A DNA stretch of 57,294 bases, filler included, from Platydemus manokwari (GCA_037951405.1; 5 parts of 5 records of this genome joined end to end with filler, not necessarily neighbours in it), one strand, 5' to 3'; shown: positions 13,818 through 27,045, counted from the whole stretch's first letter. Made by a program: numbers and translations. The notes: generated by a model not told the origin, from the sequence alone.

Positions 13818-14714
13818 GTAAACGAATTGATTTTAGAAATATTAAATTTCATAAATCATTGGATCTTGGTTAATATTGATTTATTCGATTATTAGCCTTT
13901 CCTATACTACTTATCATTTACCAATAATAAAATAAATCTCAATTAACACAATACTAAAATATTGAAGTGTTATTCAAGAACAGATGTTATATTAATGGGA
14001 TGAAGATTATTCATCAAAAATTTTACAACATATTTCGCTATATTGATTTTAATTTCTTTTTCTTTTTATATCTTGGCTTTCATCTTTATAACCAAATAAA
14101 TTAGTTTGCCAGTCAAAAGTTCGATTTATTCATTATCCAACTAAATGATAGATGCTTGAAAATCGTTGTGTGATGAAGAAAACATCCTGTCTGCAGTGTA
14201 TCTATTTCCCGTGTCCAATATTCTTCATTCATCAATGATTGGTTATAATAAATTTCATCTGTTGACAATCCCATTAACTTCAGTATTCTTGCGTTACAAT
14301 CATTACTACTATAATAGCCATAATAATACAACTCCGATTTGTGATTGAAACCATTATTGAGTAAAAATAGAAATAGTATATCCTAATATTAATCGACTCA
14401 TGAATAAAATATATCGATTAAATGAGGTATTTGGAAAAATATTATAAAAATGATGAACGAATGCTTGCTAATTATTTTAATCTGGGTCATCGAACTTTAA
14501 ACACTTCAAACCGAAATAGAGAAACCCTGGTTGATTTCGATTTAAAGTCGGTAATATAATCAATGAACTAATAAGGTAACTGTTTTCAAATTCTAAATTA
14601 ATCCTTTGCTATAAAACTAATCTTTTAATTCATTACCTGATATTTCTTATCTAATAAAATAATAAAAATCCCTTTTGTCTGGTATAATGGAATATTTTAA
14701 ATAAGGATTTTGAA

Positions 14715-15143
14715 TAATTTATCAGGACTCCGAATAGTCTGACTCAGAAAAAATGAACAACTACGACTTTACATAATAAAATTAAACTAACGGATATCGC
14801 TGAATAGTATGACTACCTCGAATAGTATGACTACCCGAATAGTATGACTAAATTTTCTAAAATTATAGTCATAGTATTTAATAATATGTCTACCCAAATA
14901 ATATGACCATCGATTAATTAAAAACAAAAATGTATTTTTAGCTTTAGTCATTTATATTGTGTTATTAAGATAATTATTTCATTTATCCCCATGAAAAAAC
15001 GTACATTTTCGATCGCATTTAAAAAAGAAGTGATCGTTTACATGGAGCAAGGCCATAGCTGTTATGGTGCCATGAAACATTTTGGCGAACGTGATAGATA
15101 CAACTACAGTCAATCTATGTTCCAACAATGGTTTTTGAATAGG
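14715..15143 (+). mobile_element. 5' end of a pogo-like DNA transposon: subterminal repeats plus an N-terminal HTH (Brinker-DBD-like) ORF, cut by the gap
   Basis: gaatagt(a/c)tgact repeats at ~14732, 14802, 14820 and 14837, with an inverted copy at ~14867. ORF at 14991 MKKRTFSIAFKKEVIVYMEQGHSCYGAMKHF...FQQW fits the 'R.SYT..FKL.V' HTH pattern. Confidence 0.6.
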
Positions 15144-15243
15144 NNNNNNNNNNNNNNNNNNNNNNNNNNNNNNNNNNNNNNNNNNNNTTAATTAATTAAN
15201 NNNNNNNNNNNNNNNNNNNNNNNNNNNNNNNNNNNNNNNNNNN
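15144..15243. other. Artificial contig spacer
   Basis: 44 N + TTAATTAATTAA (stop codons in all six frames) + 44 N. Confidence 0.98.
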
Positions 15244-16189
15244 ATTTCTGTTTAATTTTTTTGAAATTTCGTTAATGAAATATTAAGAAATTAATAAGAT
15301 TATTAAGGTGAAATGACCAAACAAATTCAGAATAATTTTTGAAATGCCAAAATGTCTATATTCAATTTCGAAATAAATAAAAAATAAACCGAATTATAAA
15401 ATTATCAGATTGGTCATTGTTAAACAAAACGGTAATTTGAATTTATTTTAAGTTCTAGGACAACGGAACCACACCATATTATATAAGAATACAACATAAA
15501 AATACTACCTATGAATGAGTGAAATAATCATATTTTAAAACTATCATTAATAAAAGCAAGTTTTTACAATATTTAGTCAAGCATGTTTGAGCTTTAACTT
15601 TTTGAGTAAATTGAGAAAATTGTGAAGTAGCTTCCAGTATTTTTAACACAGCACAGTTATTATAATCAGAGTCAGATCTAGGTCGGTAAATCAATTTTGT
15701 GCGTTTCGAACAATTAACATAGTTAATTATGATCATTTTGCAACTAGACTTTGTTAAGCTTTCTTAATTTCATACATAAAAGTTATGAAACTTCTAGTGG
15801 GATTCGGAATGGATAAGTAGTTAGATTAGTTAAAGAAGTACACCAGTAATTGCTATCAATTAGTATAGACGTAACAAGTTTATGTTATTTTACGATTACG
15901 ATTTTTACCAATACATTCAGATTATTTATTCAAATCTATTTGCTACTTTTGGGTCTGTTAGTGACTGTTATTATTATAGTAATTATTGATTCATTTTAGC
16001 AGTGTCTATGATTAATCAGTTCTCCAGAGTCCTAAAGACCCAAGGGCAGTAATTAACCCTAAGGTTCCTTATTTTATTCGACTCGATCACTTCCAATTCG
16101 AAATGAGCGACATTGAAATATGTATTTTATACTTTTTATTAAATACTTTAATACCACAATTACCCTTTACCCAAAGATAATGAGATAAT

Positions 16190-16640
16190 ATCGTTGGGGT
16201 TAATTTCTGAATAACCAAATAATTGCTGACTCCAAAAATCGAAGGTTGTAGGCTTTATTTCTAATTCACGTACAAATCAGTAAGATTCACGAAGTAACAC
16301 AAAATTACAATCAAAACTTGATTTTCAACTGGCAGATGTACTACTTAATACGTCTGTAAATTTCAATACAATGTCTCAAAAAATCGCAACTAAATCTTGG
16401 CTTCCAACTGGCAGTTGACCCTCTACATCGGTATTTATACTCGAGATCTATGTGCAATCTTTTATGTCATGTTTGTATCACATTTTGATTTATCTTTACC
16501 TTCTCATTTTTATACTGATGTTAAATAATTTTAGAAGTTCTTAAGGGGCTTCAATAACGGGAGTGAAGACCTCGCTATTGGTAAATTAAAAATTAGTATT
16601 ATCTAAAGGCCTTAATCAATTGATTATACCCAACACTGAT
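16190..16640 (-). repeat. Possible solo LTR
   Basis: The minus strand has TATAAATA (~16433-16440) and, ~180 nt downstream, AATAAAG (~16253-16259), the usual U3-R layout. Boundaries are uncertain. Confidence 0.3.
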
Positions 16641-18595
16641 CTCGAATGCTGTAATATTAGATTAGTAAATCACTCTCCTAAAGCCAATTGACCGATATGT
16701 AATAATATAATTTAAACTGTTACGACTTTAACGTTTATAAATAATTTTCTGCTATTATTAACTCAAATAAACACAATGGTTGTTTTTTGAGCAAATATAT
16801 TTTAAGAAATAAAACAAACAACTCAGAAGAAAAATTTAAACAAAAAAATATAATTCAAATAGCCGACACGTTGCCTCAGCAATTAGCCAGCAGAGTCCGA
16901 AGCGGACGGAGGAAAGATACTCAGAACAGAGATTGTTGGCGAATTTAATTTTACGATATCTCATACAAATTACCGATTATAATGGAATTATTATTTTACA
17001 AATTGATGGTTACTTAGATAAAAAAAGATAATAAACAATAAAATACTTCTTACTCCGATATAGAAACTAATCTTCTTAACGAATATGGCAACACAAATGA
17101 ATCCTGGTAAGAATTAGATTTTATAAGTTCCGCTCAAAGTCTCTTCTCTATTCGCAAGTTCGCTGGTCCGCTTCAATTTAATACGAAATTCTTCTGGTTT
17201 GTTCAACTTCGCTTTTTATGATTGTGATTATCGTGATTGTTGTGGCTGCCGGTTCTGTTTTCAGCTCAGCATATATGGTAACATTGTTACCGTCAACAAT
17301 TTATTTGCATTTGTCGACATTCTTCGAATATTTGTTCAGATTACAATGCACTTTTGTTAATATATTTTATTGTTTATTTGTTATAAATTAGTTATTTATT
17401 ATTGTTTATTAAATATCCATTTTTTTTATTCTTTATTTCTTTATAAATAATTAAATATTATGTTCATTATTTATTCTTGTTACTTTAATTTTATTATTAT
17501 TTATAATTTGCCACTCTCTCTCTTCCTTTCTTCCCCCGCTTGCCTACATTAATCAACGCAATAAAGATTATTATAAAGTTATTAAAGACTATTTTTCATT
17601 TACAAATAACACAAACACCAGAATAATATAATCAAATCAATGCTGTCACTATCAAATTAATGTTGCAAACATCAAGTCAATGTTGGATTTGGTTTTAGGA
17701 TTAGGATTCGATTAGCGCGTCCACAGTTAAAGGCTTTATTGTGCATGTTGCTTATATATATAATGTGCAAATGTTTTATATGTATTATTGGTGATTGTAT
17801 GTATTATTGATGATAAGTATTGGGTTTATTGATTTTCATATGTGGTGGATTAGTCAGTTCCTATGTGTGTTGTTGTGTGGCTATGTCACTTTTGCTAATT
17901 ATCATTTTTCATCTAATTCAGCGGTGATTGGTTGATTGAAATCCGTGTACGGGTGTGTAGACATGCAAATGCTTAAAGTGCTAAAACAAGGAATCAAAGG
18001 TTCAAATCCGTTTGTCTTTTGGAAGATTTCGTCTCACTCAACAATATTGAGTATAATTTTATTATAAAAAATAACAATTGTGCATATATTAATTGTGATA
18101 GGTAGGATTGAGTTGCTCGTAGATATTCTCTGCAATTATTATTTAATCCAGTAATTATATTTTGAAATTTCGTTAAAAACAAAATAAATAATTAAACTTT
18201 AAAAGTAAAAAATGCAATGGTCAGATAACTACTATTTGTCAGAAAATTTTAAATACACACGAATTTAGAATGAAAAATATCACATTAAATTTCGTAGAGA
18301 AATTGTAGAAATCAAATTACATTTTAATTCATCTTTACGGAAAGACAAGAGTGTATATAAGCACGAAAATTTATATAAAATTATAAAACATCTCTTATAG
18401 TAATTTCTGTTGAGTGCTCATATGTTGATATATCACACATTCATGTCAAAATCATTCGAATAATTCATTAAATATCTCAAGCCATATCATTGAAGCCAGA
18501 ATATTTATTATTAACAATATTTTGTTGTATTGAAAACCACACAAAAATATTCAATCATGAGATCAAATCAATAAATCAATCAATATAAAAATCAA

Positions 18596-21500
18596 TCATT
18601 TTCTATTATAAGCAGCATAAATGGATTTACTTTGAGCCAACCCGAATGGTCTAAAAAATCAATAATTAATCAATAATTGTCAACAATAATACTTGTTTGA
18701 TGTCAATTTAATTTTGGACAGCAATAATTGACATTCTTTCTCGTCATGACAACCATTATAAGCCTCCATTAACCTGAATGATGAATGGGCGAGATATGAT
18801 TAATATTGATTAATAAACAATAATCAAATCCCACAATCGCGGTACGGCATATTTATCGATCAATGCTCGCGATCGCTCAACCGTTATGCCGTGAATACAA
18901 TTGACATGTTTGGCGAACATTTCCGATATGCGAATTGGTTTTGTCTTCTGGCCAGATTCGGTAAATGAGGCGAACTCGATAGCAGAATATGGGCGAACAA
19001 TGGATGGATCGAATGGATTGAATGAATATTGATCATGGGGAATATCATTGTGATAAACATGAATTGATTTATCCTGAACAATGAATGAGCATGATAAAAT
19101 AATCGATATCATCAGGAAGCAGCTCAATCGAGCCCCCATAAATCATACAGAATAGATTTTACAGATTTTTTTATGAAGCGAGCTCAAATAAGCGATTGTG
19201 TCAGCTGCATTCTCAGTGATTTTGACATCGCAATGATCATGAATCTGGGATAAATAATCAATCAATTGTATATTATGGAATAATAAATGGGTTTCACTTG
19301 GCTGTTAATGATAGCCTGATGAAGAGTGTCAACACTGATGGCGAGATTCTTCATGCCTTTGCATTTCTCGATCAAATAAATGATTCTCGATATTCCTGAT
19401 CGCTTCATTCTCAACTAATGCCACACAACCACACACACACACACATACAGATGAAATATTAATCAATATCAATCGATAAATATCCATTTGATCTACCTTT
19501 TGATCTCTGAATCGATTATCAGTAATGCTTTTAGCGAGATCATCATATCGCTTTCGCTCGACAATCACATCAAGTACAGCCTCACGTCCAACTGAAATAA
19601 AAAAATATCGAAATGAAATCAATGCAGATTAACGAGTTCCCGCTCCCCTCCATAATGGTTAATATTTGATTTGGAACATTTCCACAATGAAACATAAATC
19701 CATTTAAAAGCAACAATTGATTTGGAATGATTTGATTGGATAATATTTGATAAATCATGCTGTGATCAATATCATGTTGTGATCAATATCAAATGAATCA
19801 CCTGTCAATCATATCGATCAAAAATAAATAAATCAGACACCCAATATTTGTCAACAGATTTATCGAAATAATTATTGATTGCACAACAAAATGGATCAAT
19901 ATTTGGCATTGATTGGTGGATAACAATAACGAGGATAATTCCAGTAAATATTGATTGATGGGATAAATTCCATGATGATTGGGACAAGATCATAAAATAT
20001 GCCAACTGATCTAGTGGAACACCACACGCTAAAAAATCTGGAACCAAATAGACGAAATGCTAAATCCGATTCTCGTCCGATTGACGATTATAATTAGCAA
20101 TTTTCTTGGAAAATGTCAAAAATTCTATCCATCGATCCAGCCCGTGTAAATCTCTCGACATTCACCACTGCAATCACAATTGACAGCTTGACACCTCGCC
20201 CAACCACCACATCACACTTTTCCAAATCATGTCACATCGAGAACAGTGCACTTTTATAAATGTATTCGTTTGCATCACATAATTAAAATCACTATAGCAA
20301 CAAATGAAGGTCATTAGCAGACAACTAAACTCGGTTCGTTGTTAAAGCGACACCATGCTCTACTTTAAAATAAAATCTAGTCACCACAGTGTGCAGTTCA
20401 AATCACGAATTATTGTGTAGTTGTGTGTGTATGAGTCACATAGTAACCAATCGATATTTGCATAGTTGGTAAATCGTAATAGAAACCATAATTCAGATCA
20501 AATCCTCACCATTATCCTTTGCTATCCACACGAAATCTCCGATTGGCAAAACACGTGTCTCAAGTTTGACAGCTTTCTTGATCAAATCAGAACACAGATG
20601 TTCCTTCAGTTTCCCCGTCCTGAATGAAATTGAAAAAATAGTTCATCGAGAAGAAACCATTTCAATCCAACCCATAATTCTCGCGATTATCAACGATTAA
20701 GATCACTTCGAATGATCCTGAAGGCATTGTGAATAGAATCTTTGATGATTCGTCGTTACATGAAGAAACTGCCTCGCTATGTATTCGTTGAGGTCGTTGT
20801 TTGAATGCTGATCTCAACTCGTTATCGCTACATCGATTGATCTGGCATTCATTTAATATCGTCAAATTGTCGTCGAGATCATTTGATGGATTTGTTATCT
20901 GTGTCGTTGTGATGTCAGATCTTTTTGACTTCTTCCTCACGATTGGATTGGCTTCGAGAGGTGAAGATCTTTCTGGTGAGAGATGATCCATTTTAATTTC
21001 CCATGGCAAAACGAGAACAATTTTTACTTGTTTCCTCTTGGACAAAGCAACCGAATTCAGGAGCATTCGTGTCGTGAAGAAATGCAAACATGAAATCATC
21101 ATTCAAAAGCCTAGAAATTGATACAAATATTGTATAACGAATGTATAAAATAAATGATTTGGTACAACAAGTGATATGCTGCCAAAATTGTGTGGAAAGT
21201 AGACGGAAAACGAGAAACACATGACATAAATCAAGACGAGTGATTGTTACAGGCAGAAGAACTTACAGAGCATCTAAATCGTGATGATAATCAACATTGG
21301 ACTGAATCAAATCGTCATATTTCACTTTGATTCGATAATATAATTTATGATCAATCATCTTGGATGCAGCATCACATTTTCGGTTGACCATTTCAAGTGT
21401 ATTTGGATCAAGAGATTTACAATAGAAAAATGACAGTCCGTGCGGTTTCATTTGCTTATTTGACTCATTTGTGATCCGATTGACTGCTTCTAGAGTTGTA

Positions 21501-22439
21501 GATGTTTTAACCTTTTCAATATCATGATCACAGGGAACATTGCATCTCTTTTGCAACAATTGATCACACAAGACTTTTCCATAGGATGACAGTCGATATC
21601 TGAAAATATCAAAAATATTTCCTGACTTAATACTTCAGATTACTTAATTCTTTTGAAATTTAATTAAAATTAATTTATAAAATAACCTCTGAAAAACTCA
21701 TTGAAAAATAATTATTTACCTGTTATCAATAACGACGACAATACCATTTTTAACAAGCTTTTTCATATCTTTCCACAATTTCTTTGGATTTGACTTTAAA
21801 ACCAATAATTAATAATCCCAAGAATCATAATAAAGATTACATCGGCTGCCATTTGATAGTATTTTAAAGCATTTGGAATAATATCTTCTTGCGAACCACC
21901 ATTTAGATCATTATTTTGGATCTTAAAAATAAGCATAAACTAATATGTTATTATTAATTGCATACATCATAGAGTCCGAGCATCAGAGAGTAACTTTCTG
22001 ACGATTCTTTAGGTAAGGCAGATCTTTTAGTATTCTAAGAGATTTTTATATTTTAAATATAAAACTACAACAACTTTTGGATTATTTGCAAACTGTTCAT
22101 TCCCTATTTTCAGTGCTTTAGAAACTGAAATTCCCTGATTTTTTGCTAAATCGCTTAGCATTTTATCCAATAAAGCACATGTTTTATCACCAAACCCTTC
22201 CAATATTAAAAAATCTTTACCACTTTTAACTGGAAGAGGGAACATTTTCATTGATTTCAAGGCCTATTATATAATCATAAGAAATATTTTATGCAGTAAT
22301 TTTATACTTTCTTATATGTAAAATAAGATTGGTCCTTATTTTTCTTAGCTTTTTTTGTAATTTCTTCCATCCATGATATAAACAATTTGTTAGGACAAGG
22401 ATCAACTTGTTTCTTTTTATAAATTATATTTTCATTCAT
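18596..22439 (-). CDS. MUS81: Crossover junction endonuclease MUS81, ~14 exons, apparently complete
   Basis: ATG at 22439; N-terminal PCPNKLFISWMEE...ALKSMKMFPLPVKSGKDFLILEGFGDK (HhH). Winged-helix exons at 22034-21966, 21921-21841 and 21793-21720. ERCC4 nuclease motifs VILIVDNRE, LPIGDFVWIA (~20513-20620), IVERKRYDDLAKSITDNRFRDQK (~19497-19592), IIYLIE and QAIINSQ. C-terminal HhH EMFAKHVNCIHGITVERS. Stop TGA at 18596-18598. Confidence 0.96.
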
Positions 22440-22861
22440 TTAAAATGTATCAAACAACCAATTATTTAAACAAAAAGATATAAAATGGAAAAATTTCACT
22501 ATAGCTATATTGATTTATCATTTTTTGATTGATGTATTTATGCAATCCAATGAAAAATTTAAAGTGTTAAAATTAAAAATAATTTAAACATTTCAAAAGG
22601 TGAAAATAAAGAAAATATATTTAAATAAAATTAATACACACTTATCTAAACAGTTCAGTATCTGTACACACAAACCAAATACACACTGACAACTAAGAAA
22701 TCTATTCGTTCATCAGTTTGCTATTGATTTTCGAACTTTATTGCCCACTATTTCGTAATGAATCATCATAGAATTACACAACATAACCAACATATCGAAT
22801 CAGCATGAATAAATTAGTTTTTCAACATAACTGAGCATTAATCTTTCAGTTGTGGCTTTCG
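22440..22861. promoter_or_regulatory. Putative bidirectional promoter between MUS81 and the TRIM gene
   Basis: Only 422 nt separate the two divergent predicted start codons. It contains CCAAT (~22547) and tcagtt Inr-like motifs. TSSs are not determined. Confidence 0.55.
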
Positions 22862-25400
22862 ATGACAGACGATTCTTCCACAAGAATATATCGCAGAAAA
22901 TATGGTAAATATATATCTTATTTTTAGCATGACTTCCTTGCATGTTCCTAAATTCATATTAAATAGCTTCCAATTTTTGGCCGTGCTTAATTTACCTTTA
23001 TACGAATGGTGCCTTTGAATGTAACTTAATTATCAGGACGATCTTCAGGAATGCACTTACCATACAATTCTATGGAAAGAAAGCATGAACGTCCATTGTC
23101 TTGGATACCCAGTAGTGATTTTTTGAAGAATATTGATGCAGGTAGGTTCTGACACCGATATATTCATTTATTATAATATGTACTTTAAATACCATAAAAT
23201 TGTACTAAATATTCAAACCACATTTCTAACTTTCAGATACACTACTTTATAATTCTGATAGTGTTGAGAAAGTAAAGTCAACTACAAAAAGTTCCGGTCA
23301 AGCAATTCAAAACGAGATGCTACAATCAGTTGGTGGAAAGCTTGCCCAAGAAATTCAAGATGAATTACTTATATGTAAAATATGCCTGGGTAATTATAAA
23401 CAACCAAAAAGTCTTAGTTGCCTTCATACTTTTTGTGCCGAATGTTTGGAAAATCATATTCAAGGTGAAGTTACTTATAAAAAATATAGCGACTACAGGG
23501 AATTTACCTGTCCTCTCTGTCGGAAGCGTACAACATTACCAATTGGAGGTGTGCGAAAATTGCCAGATAATTTTGTTGTTTCAAGTCTTTTTGAAATGAT
23601 CCAAAAAAGAAAATCCTCAACCTCCGATTCCAATGACTTCGAAACCAGAAGTAATTTCTTTTGCCAAATTTGTCACAAAATGGGTAATCGAAAAAGAGAA
23701 GCTCAAACAAAATGTATCGATTGCTCTAAACTATTATGTCGAAGTTGTACTGAAATTCATCGCCAAACTAAAGTTACTCAGCAGCATTCTTTATTTGATC
23801 TTAACATCGAAGATGATGTCATCTGCAAAGTTCATGCTGACGAGCCAGTTAGATTTTTCTGTAAACCTTGTCAAACGTGCATTTGCGTTTTATGTACATT
23901 CAATGAACATAGCGATCATGAAGTCACACAATTTACCGAAGCCGTTACAAAATACAAAACTGATATCGAATCACAATTAATTTCTTGTCAAAAGATTATT
24001 TCCGAATATGAAGATAAGATTTCTAAGATTAATAACGTGAAAACAATAATCGAAACTACAGAGAATCAAATAAGCGATTTAGCCAGTAAACTTGTCGGAG
24101 AGGTATAAATTTATTCATTATTTCTGTGATTATTATGTCGTAAATTTAGACCGTAATAATATTTTAAAATTTAATAATTAAGCAATATATTATTGATTAA
24201 TTGTTGACGAAATTATGCAGAATTCTATTTTTCGAAGCTTATACTATCGTTACATATATTTATATATTTAAAGGCGGTTACAACAACAATATCAAAATCA
24301 GAATAATTCATATGATTGATATGGAGTTTAGACAACATCAGTTGCGGTTTAAACTAAAGCTTTATCAAGTGATAATTTGTCGTTAGTTTTATGACATATC
24401 ATGTTTTGGTATTGATATATGATAATGGATGATTTGGATATATTAACTCATAATAAGTTATGATTAAAAGCAATCAGATTCGTTGATTTCCATTTATTCT
24501 GGACATTACGTCATATATCCTTCCACCTTAATGCTAACCCGACTAGATTTGCTCACTCTATTATCTAAAAATCTTTGAAATTTAATTGATTTAAATTGTG
24601 TTATTTCAGAAAATTCTAGTAAAGAGTGCGTTTGTAATCAAAATATCAACGTACTTATAAAATTACATCATCAATATTTACAAGAAATGATTACACAACT
24701 GGTCACTTAGGACATTTATATTTCTGAATGATTAATTTAAAAAAAACGAGTTTCAGTTTTATGTAATATGTAAATATATTTTAAGTTCGATCTTCAAATT
24801 AAATATTGAAAAGCAGCTTTTAATTCTAACAGTTAATTGGAAAGATGCATATATAGATTTTTGCTTAGCGTCACTAGCTGGTTGATATATGGCAATTGTA
24901 TATTTAGAATTTCTTGACATGCAGACTATTAAAAATCGGTATTGACATTAAAACTGATTATTTCATTTCGTTACCGGAATTTATGTTTGAAGTTATAATA
25001 TTTGCATAATTATTTGATATATGTTGAATAATTTTTACTATTATGATAGATCAAGCAAAAGAAAATTCTATTAATGGAAGAAATTAGAAATGTTTATGGG
25101 TGTGATTTGATAGAAATTGTTTCAAAAAAATCAACAATGGAAAATCAGTTATCGGAACTCAAAAATACATCCAACATGGCAGAGGTGATATTGCAAAGAA
25201 AAGACATCGAATTGCTTTTGTTAAAAAAAGAAATACAAAATAAATTGACAGAAGCGCAAAATTTACCTCAAACCGAATTGCCGATAACTGTTTCCAAGGA
25301 AGTCAAATTTATTCCTGGAATATTCGACTTTGGCAGTCTTCAAGACATGGACAGACCTATGTTGACGAAGCCAAAATGTTTTCGTAGTTTTATCGAGTAA
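22862..25400 (+). CDS. TRIM/RBCC E3 ubiquitin ligase (RING, B-box1, B-box2, coiled coil; TRIM2/3/56-like); 3' end lost at the gap
   Basis: In-frame exons 22862-22904, 23037-23141, 23237-24102 and 25050-~25390. RING CKIC...CLHTFCAEC...CPLC; B-box1 CQIC...CIDC...C..C...H; B-box2 CKVH...FFCKPCQTCICVLC...HSDH; heptad coiled coil follows. Confidence 0.92.
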
Positions 25401-25419
25401 TTTATTTTCGATTATCCCC

Positions 25420-25420
<1 letters not shown>

Positions 25421-25496
<76 letters not shown>
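25421..25496. repeat. (ATT)n microsatellite ending the contig
   Basis: About 25 near-perfect ATT units running into the gap. Confidence 0.95.
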
Positions 25497-25596
25497 NNNN
25501 NNNNNNNNNNNNNNNNNNNNNNNNNNNNNNNNNNNNNNNNTTAATTAATTAANNNNNNNNNNNNNNNNNNNNNNNNNNNNNNNNNNNNNNNNNNNN
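25497..25596. other. Artificial contig spacer
   Basis: 44 N + TTAATTAATTAA + 44 N. Confidence 0.98.
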
Positions 25597-26562
25597 TGTT
25601 ATCACCACTTGCAGAAATCAGATGCGGCATGTCCAGAGATGGATCACTTTGGAATTGACTTGAGGGAAGGATGTTGACATCGGCTCCAGTATCAATCAGG
25701 AAATCGATCTGATAGTTGTTCGATGTGGCAGGAATTGTGAATATTGACGAGATCCATATCGGCTTGCTTGTTCTAGTCTAATTGCCGACGTTACTGGGAG
25801 CCATGACCGTTTCCCTGTGATGTTTTTAGTTTCCAATCGCATGGTGGTCGACATTTCCGTGCATTTTTGCCATATGTCCTGTGGTAAAAACATGTTCTAA
25901 AGTTGTTGCTCTTTCTGCCGTCAGAATGATATTTGTTTCGAATGCTGAGAATCTCGGATTTCAGTTGATCGATGGCCGCCATCCATGGTGGTTGGTAATT
26001 TTCAGCCCATTAGATTGTTCGAGTTGGAGATATTTGTGCAACTCTGTCAGCTATTTGGTCTAGCTCTGTGATGGGTTTGTCTTCGTGTTGTTGGATGTGA
26101 AAAAGCATGCTTCCCTATGAACGCCGTTCGAAGAATATTGGAATTCACATCGACACCGGTTGGATCGATGGCTTTGTTATGTCTGAGAAGAATTTTTAAA
26201 TGGTCTGATGGGCGTCGATCTCAGATGTTTTCCTTGGACAAGAGTCCTTCGATGTGAACCGATGTCGAGAGGCTCCTGCTGTTGATAATGGCCGATCGAA
26301 TATTAGAGTAAGGAGTGGGTGATCCAGTTCGAAGAAGTTCGCGAAATTCTGAGAGGGTCTCGAAGAGAAGATTAGCAACAATGTGCAAGTATTTCGTTTC
26401 TTCTTTTGTGATCCCTGATATCCGGAAAATGGCGTCTGCTTGCTGGAGCCAGGTGTCGGGACGGTCAAAATACTGTGGAAATTTGACGACTACATAGTTG
26501 ATTTCTAGCAAGCCGCTTCTGACACCAATGTAGGATTCGACATTTTTATCTAAGTTGGGCAT
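25597..26562 (-). mobile_element. Ty3/Gypsy retrotransposon, CsRn1-like clade: frameshifted gag plus start of protease
   Basis: Gag N-terminus VVVKFPQYFDRPDTWLQQADAIFRISGITKEETKY; CHCC knuckle CFYHRTYGKNARKCRPPC; slippery heptamer G GGA AAC at 25815-25809; aspartic protease FLIDTGADVNILP at ~25665-25705. Confidence 0.9.
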
Positions 26563-26699
26563 AAAGAGAGAAGACGAGAAAGAAGGAGAGATTTACACTT
26601 TGAAAGCAATTTATTTTTTATTAACATTTGATTTAAACAAATGTGATTTTTAATTAAATATAATTATTATTATAATTAACTGTTACAAATAGATTTTTC

Positions 26700-26758
26700 G
26701 TGTCTTGACTTTTCAGTTCGTTTTTAATGTGTGGATTTTAAAATAGTAGCGGCTAACA
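26700..26758 (+). repeat. LTR 3' end of the dispersed LTR family also at 5390, 54037 and 54246
   Basis: gtgtcttgacttttcagttcg...aatgtgtggattttaaaatagtagcggctaaCA is nearly identical to 54037-54094 and 54246-54282. Confidence 0.7.
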
Positions 26759-27045
26759 ATAATAATGAAATTCATGCAAATATTGAAGTTACCCTGTTAA
26801 AGCAAGTAAAACACCCTGAAATAATTAAAGAAGAAATTGAAGAATGAAATAATTTTAATAATAAATTAAATGATAAACCAAAATTTAAAGTTTTAGATCC
26901 AGTAAGAATTTTTAGATACAAAAATAAATTTGAGAAAAACTATACCACAAAAAATTCAAAAGAAATATTTATTATTAAAGGAGCTTGTAAAACCAAAATA
27001 CTAGAAAATTTTATAGTAATGAGTTGATTAAAACAAAATTTAAGA
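26759..27045 (+). pseudogene. Polinton/Maverick-type integrase, C-terminal relic
   Basis: NNNEIHANIEVT..., DKPKFKVLDPVRIFRYKNKFEKNYTTKNSKEIFII (26872-26976) and, after a frameshift, KFYSNELIK. This matches the Polinton integrase pattern KPKFKVGDxVRISKYKxxFEKGYTPNWSxEIF...GxFYxxEL. Confidence 0.8.

Noticed and set aside
14732-14910. Short direct repeats as a CRISPR array
   Set aside because: Eukaryotic context, ~13-bp repeats with 4-5 nt or irregular spacing, and no cas genes; better explained as transposon subterminal repeats.
15188-15199. Recurrent palindrome TTAATTAATTAA as a biological motif or CRISPR-like repeat
   Set aside because: It is always centred in 100-nt N runs, so it is an assembly linker.
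17100-17545. Another gag relic and PPT on the minus strand
   Set aside because: The similarity (EEFRIKLKRTSELA, purine tract) is too weak and the order of parts is inconsistent.
23330-23980. Overlapping ORFs 23330-23599, 23504-23710 and 23633-23980
   Set aside because: These are alternative-frame or antisense shadows of the TRIM exon.
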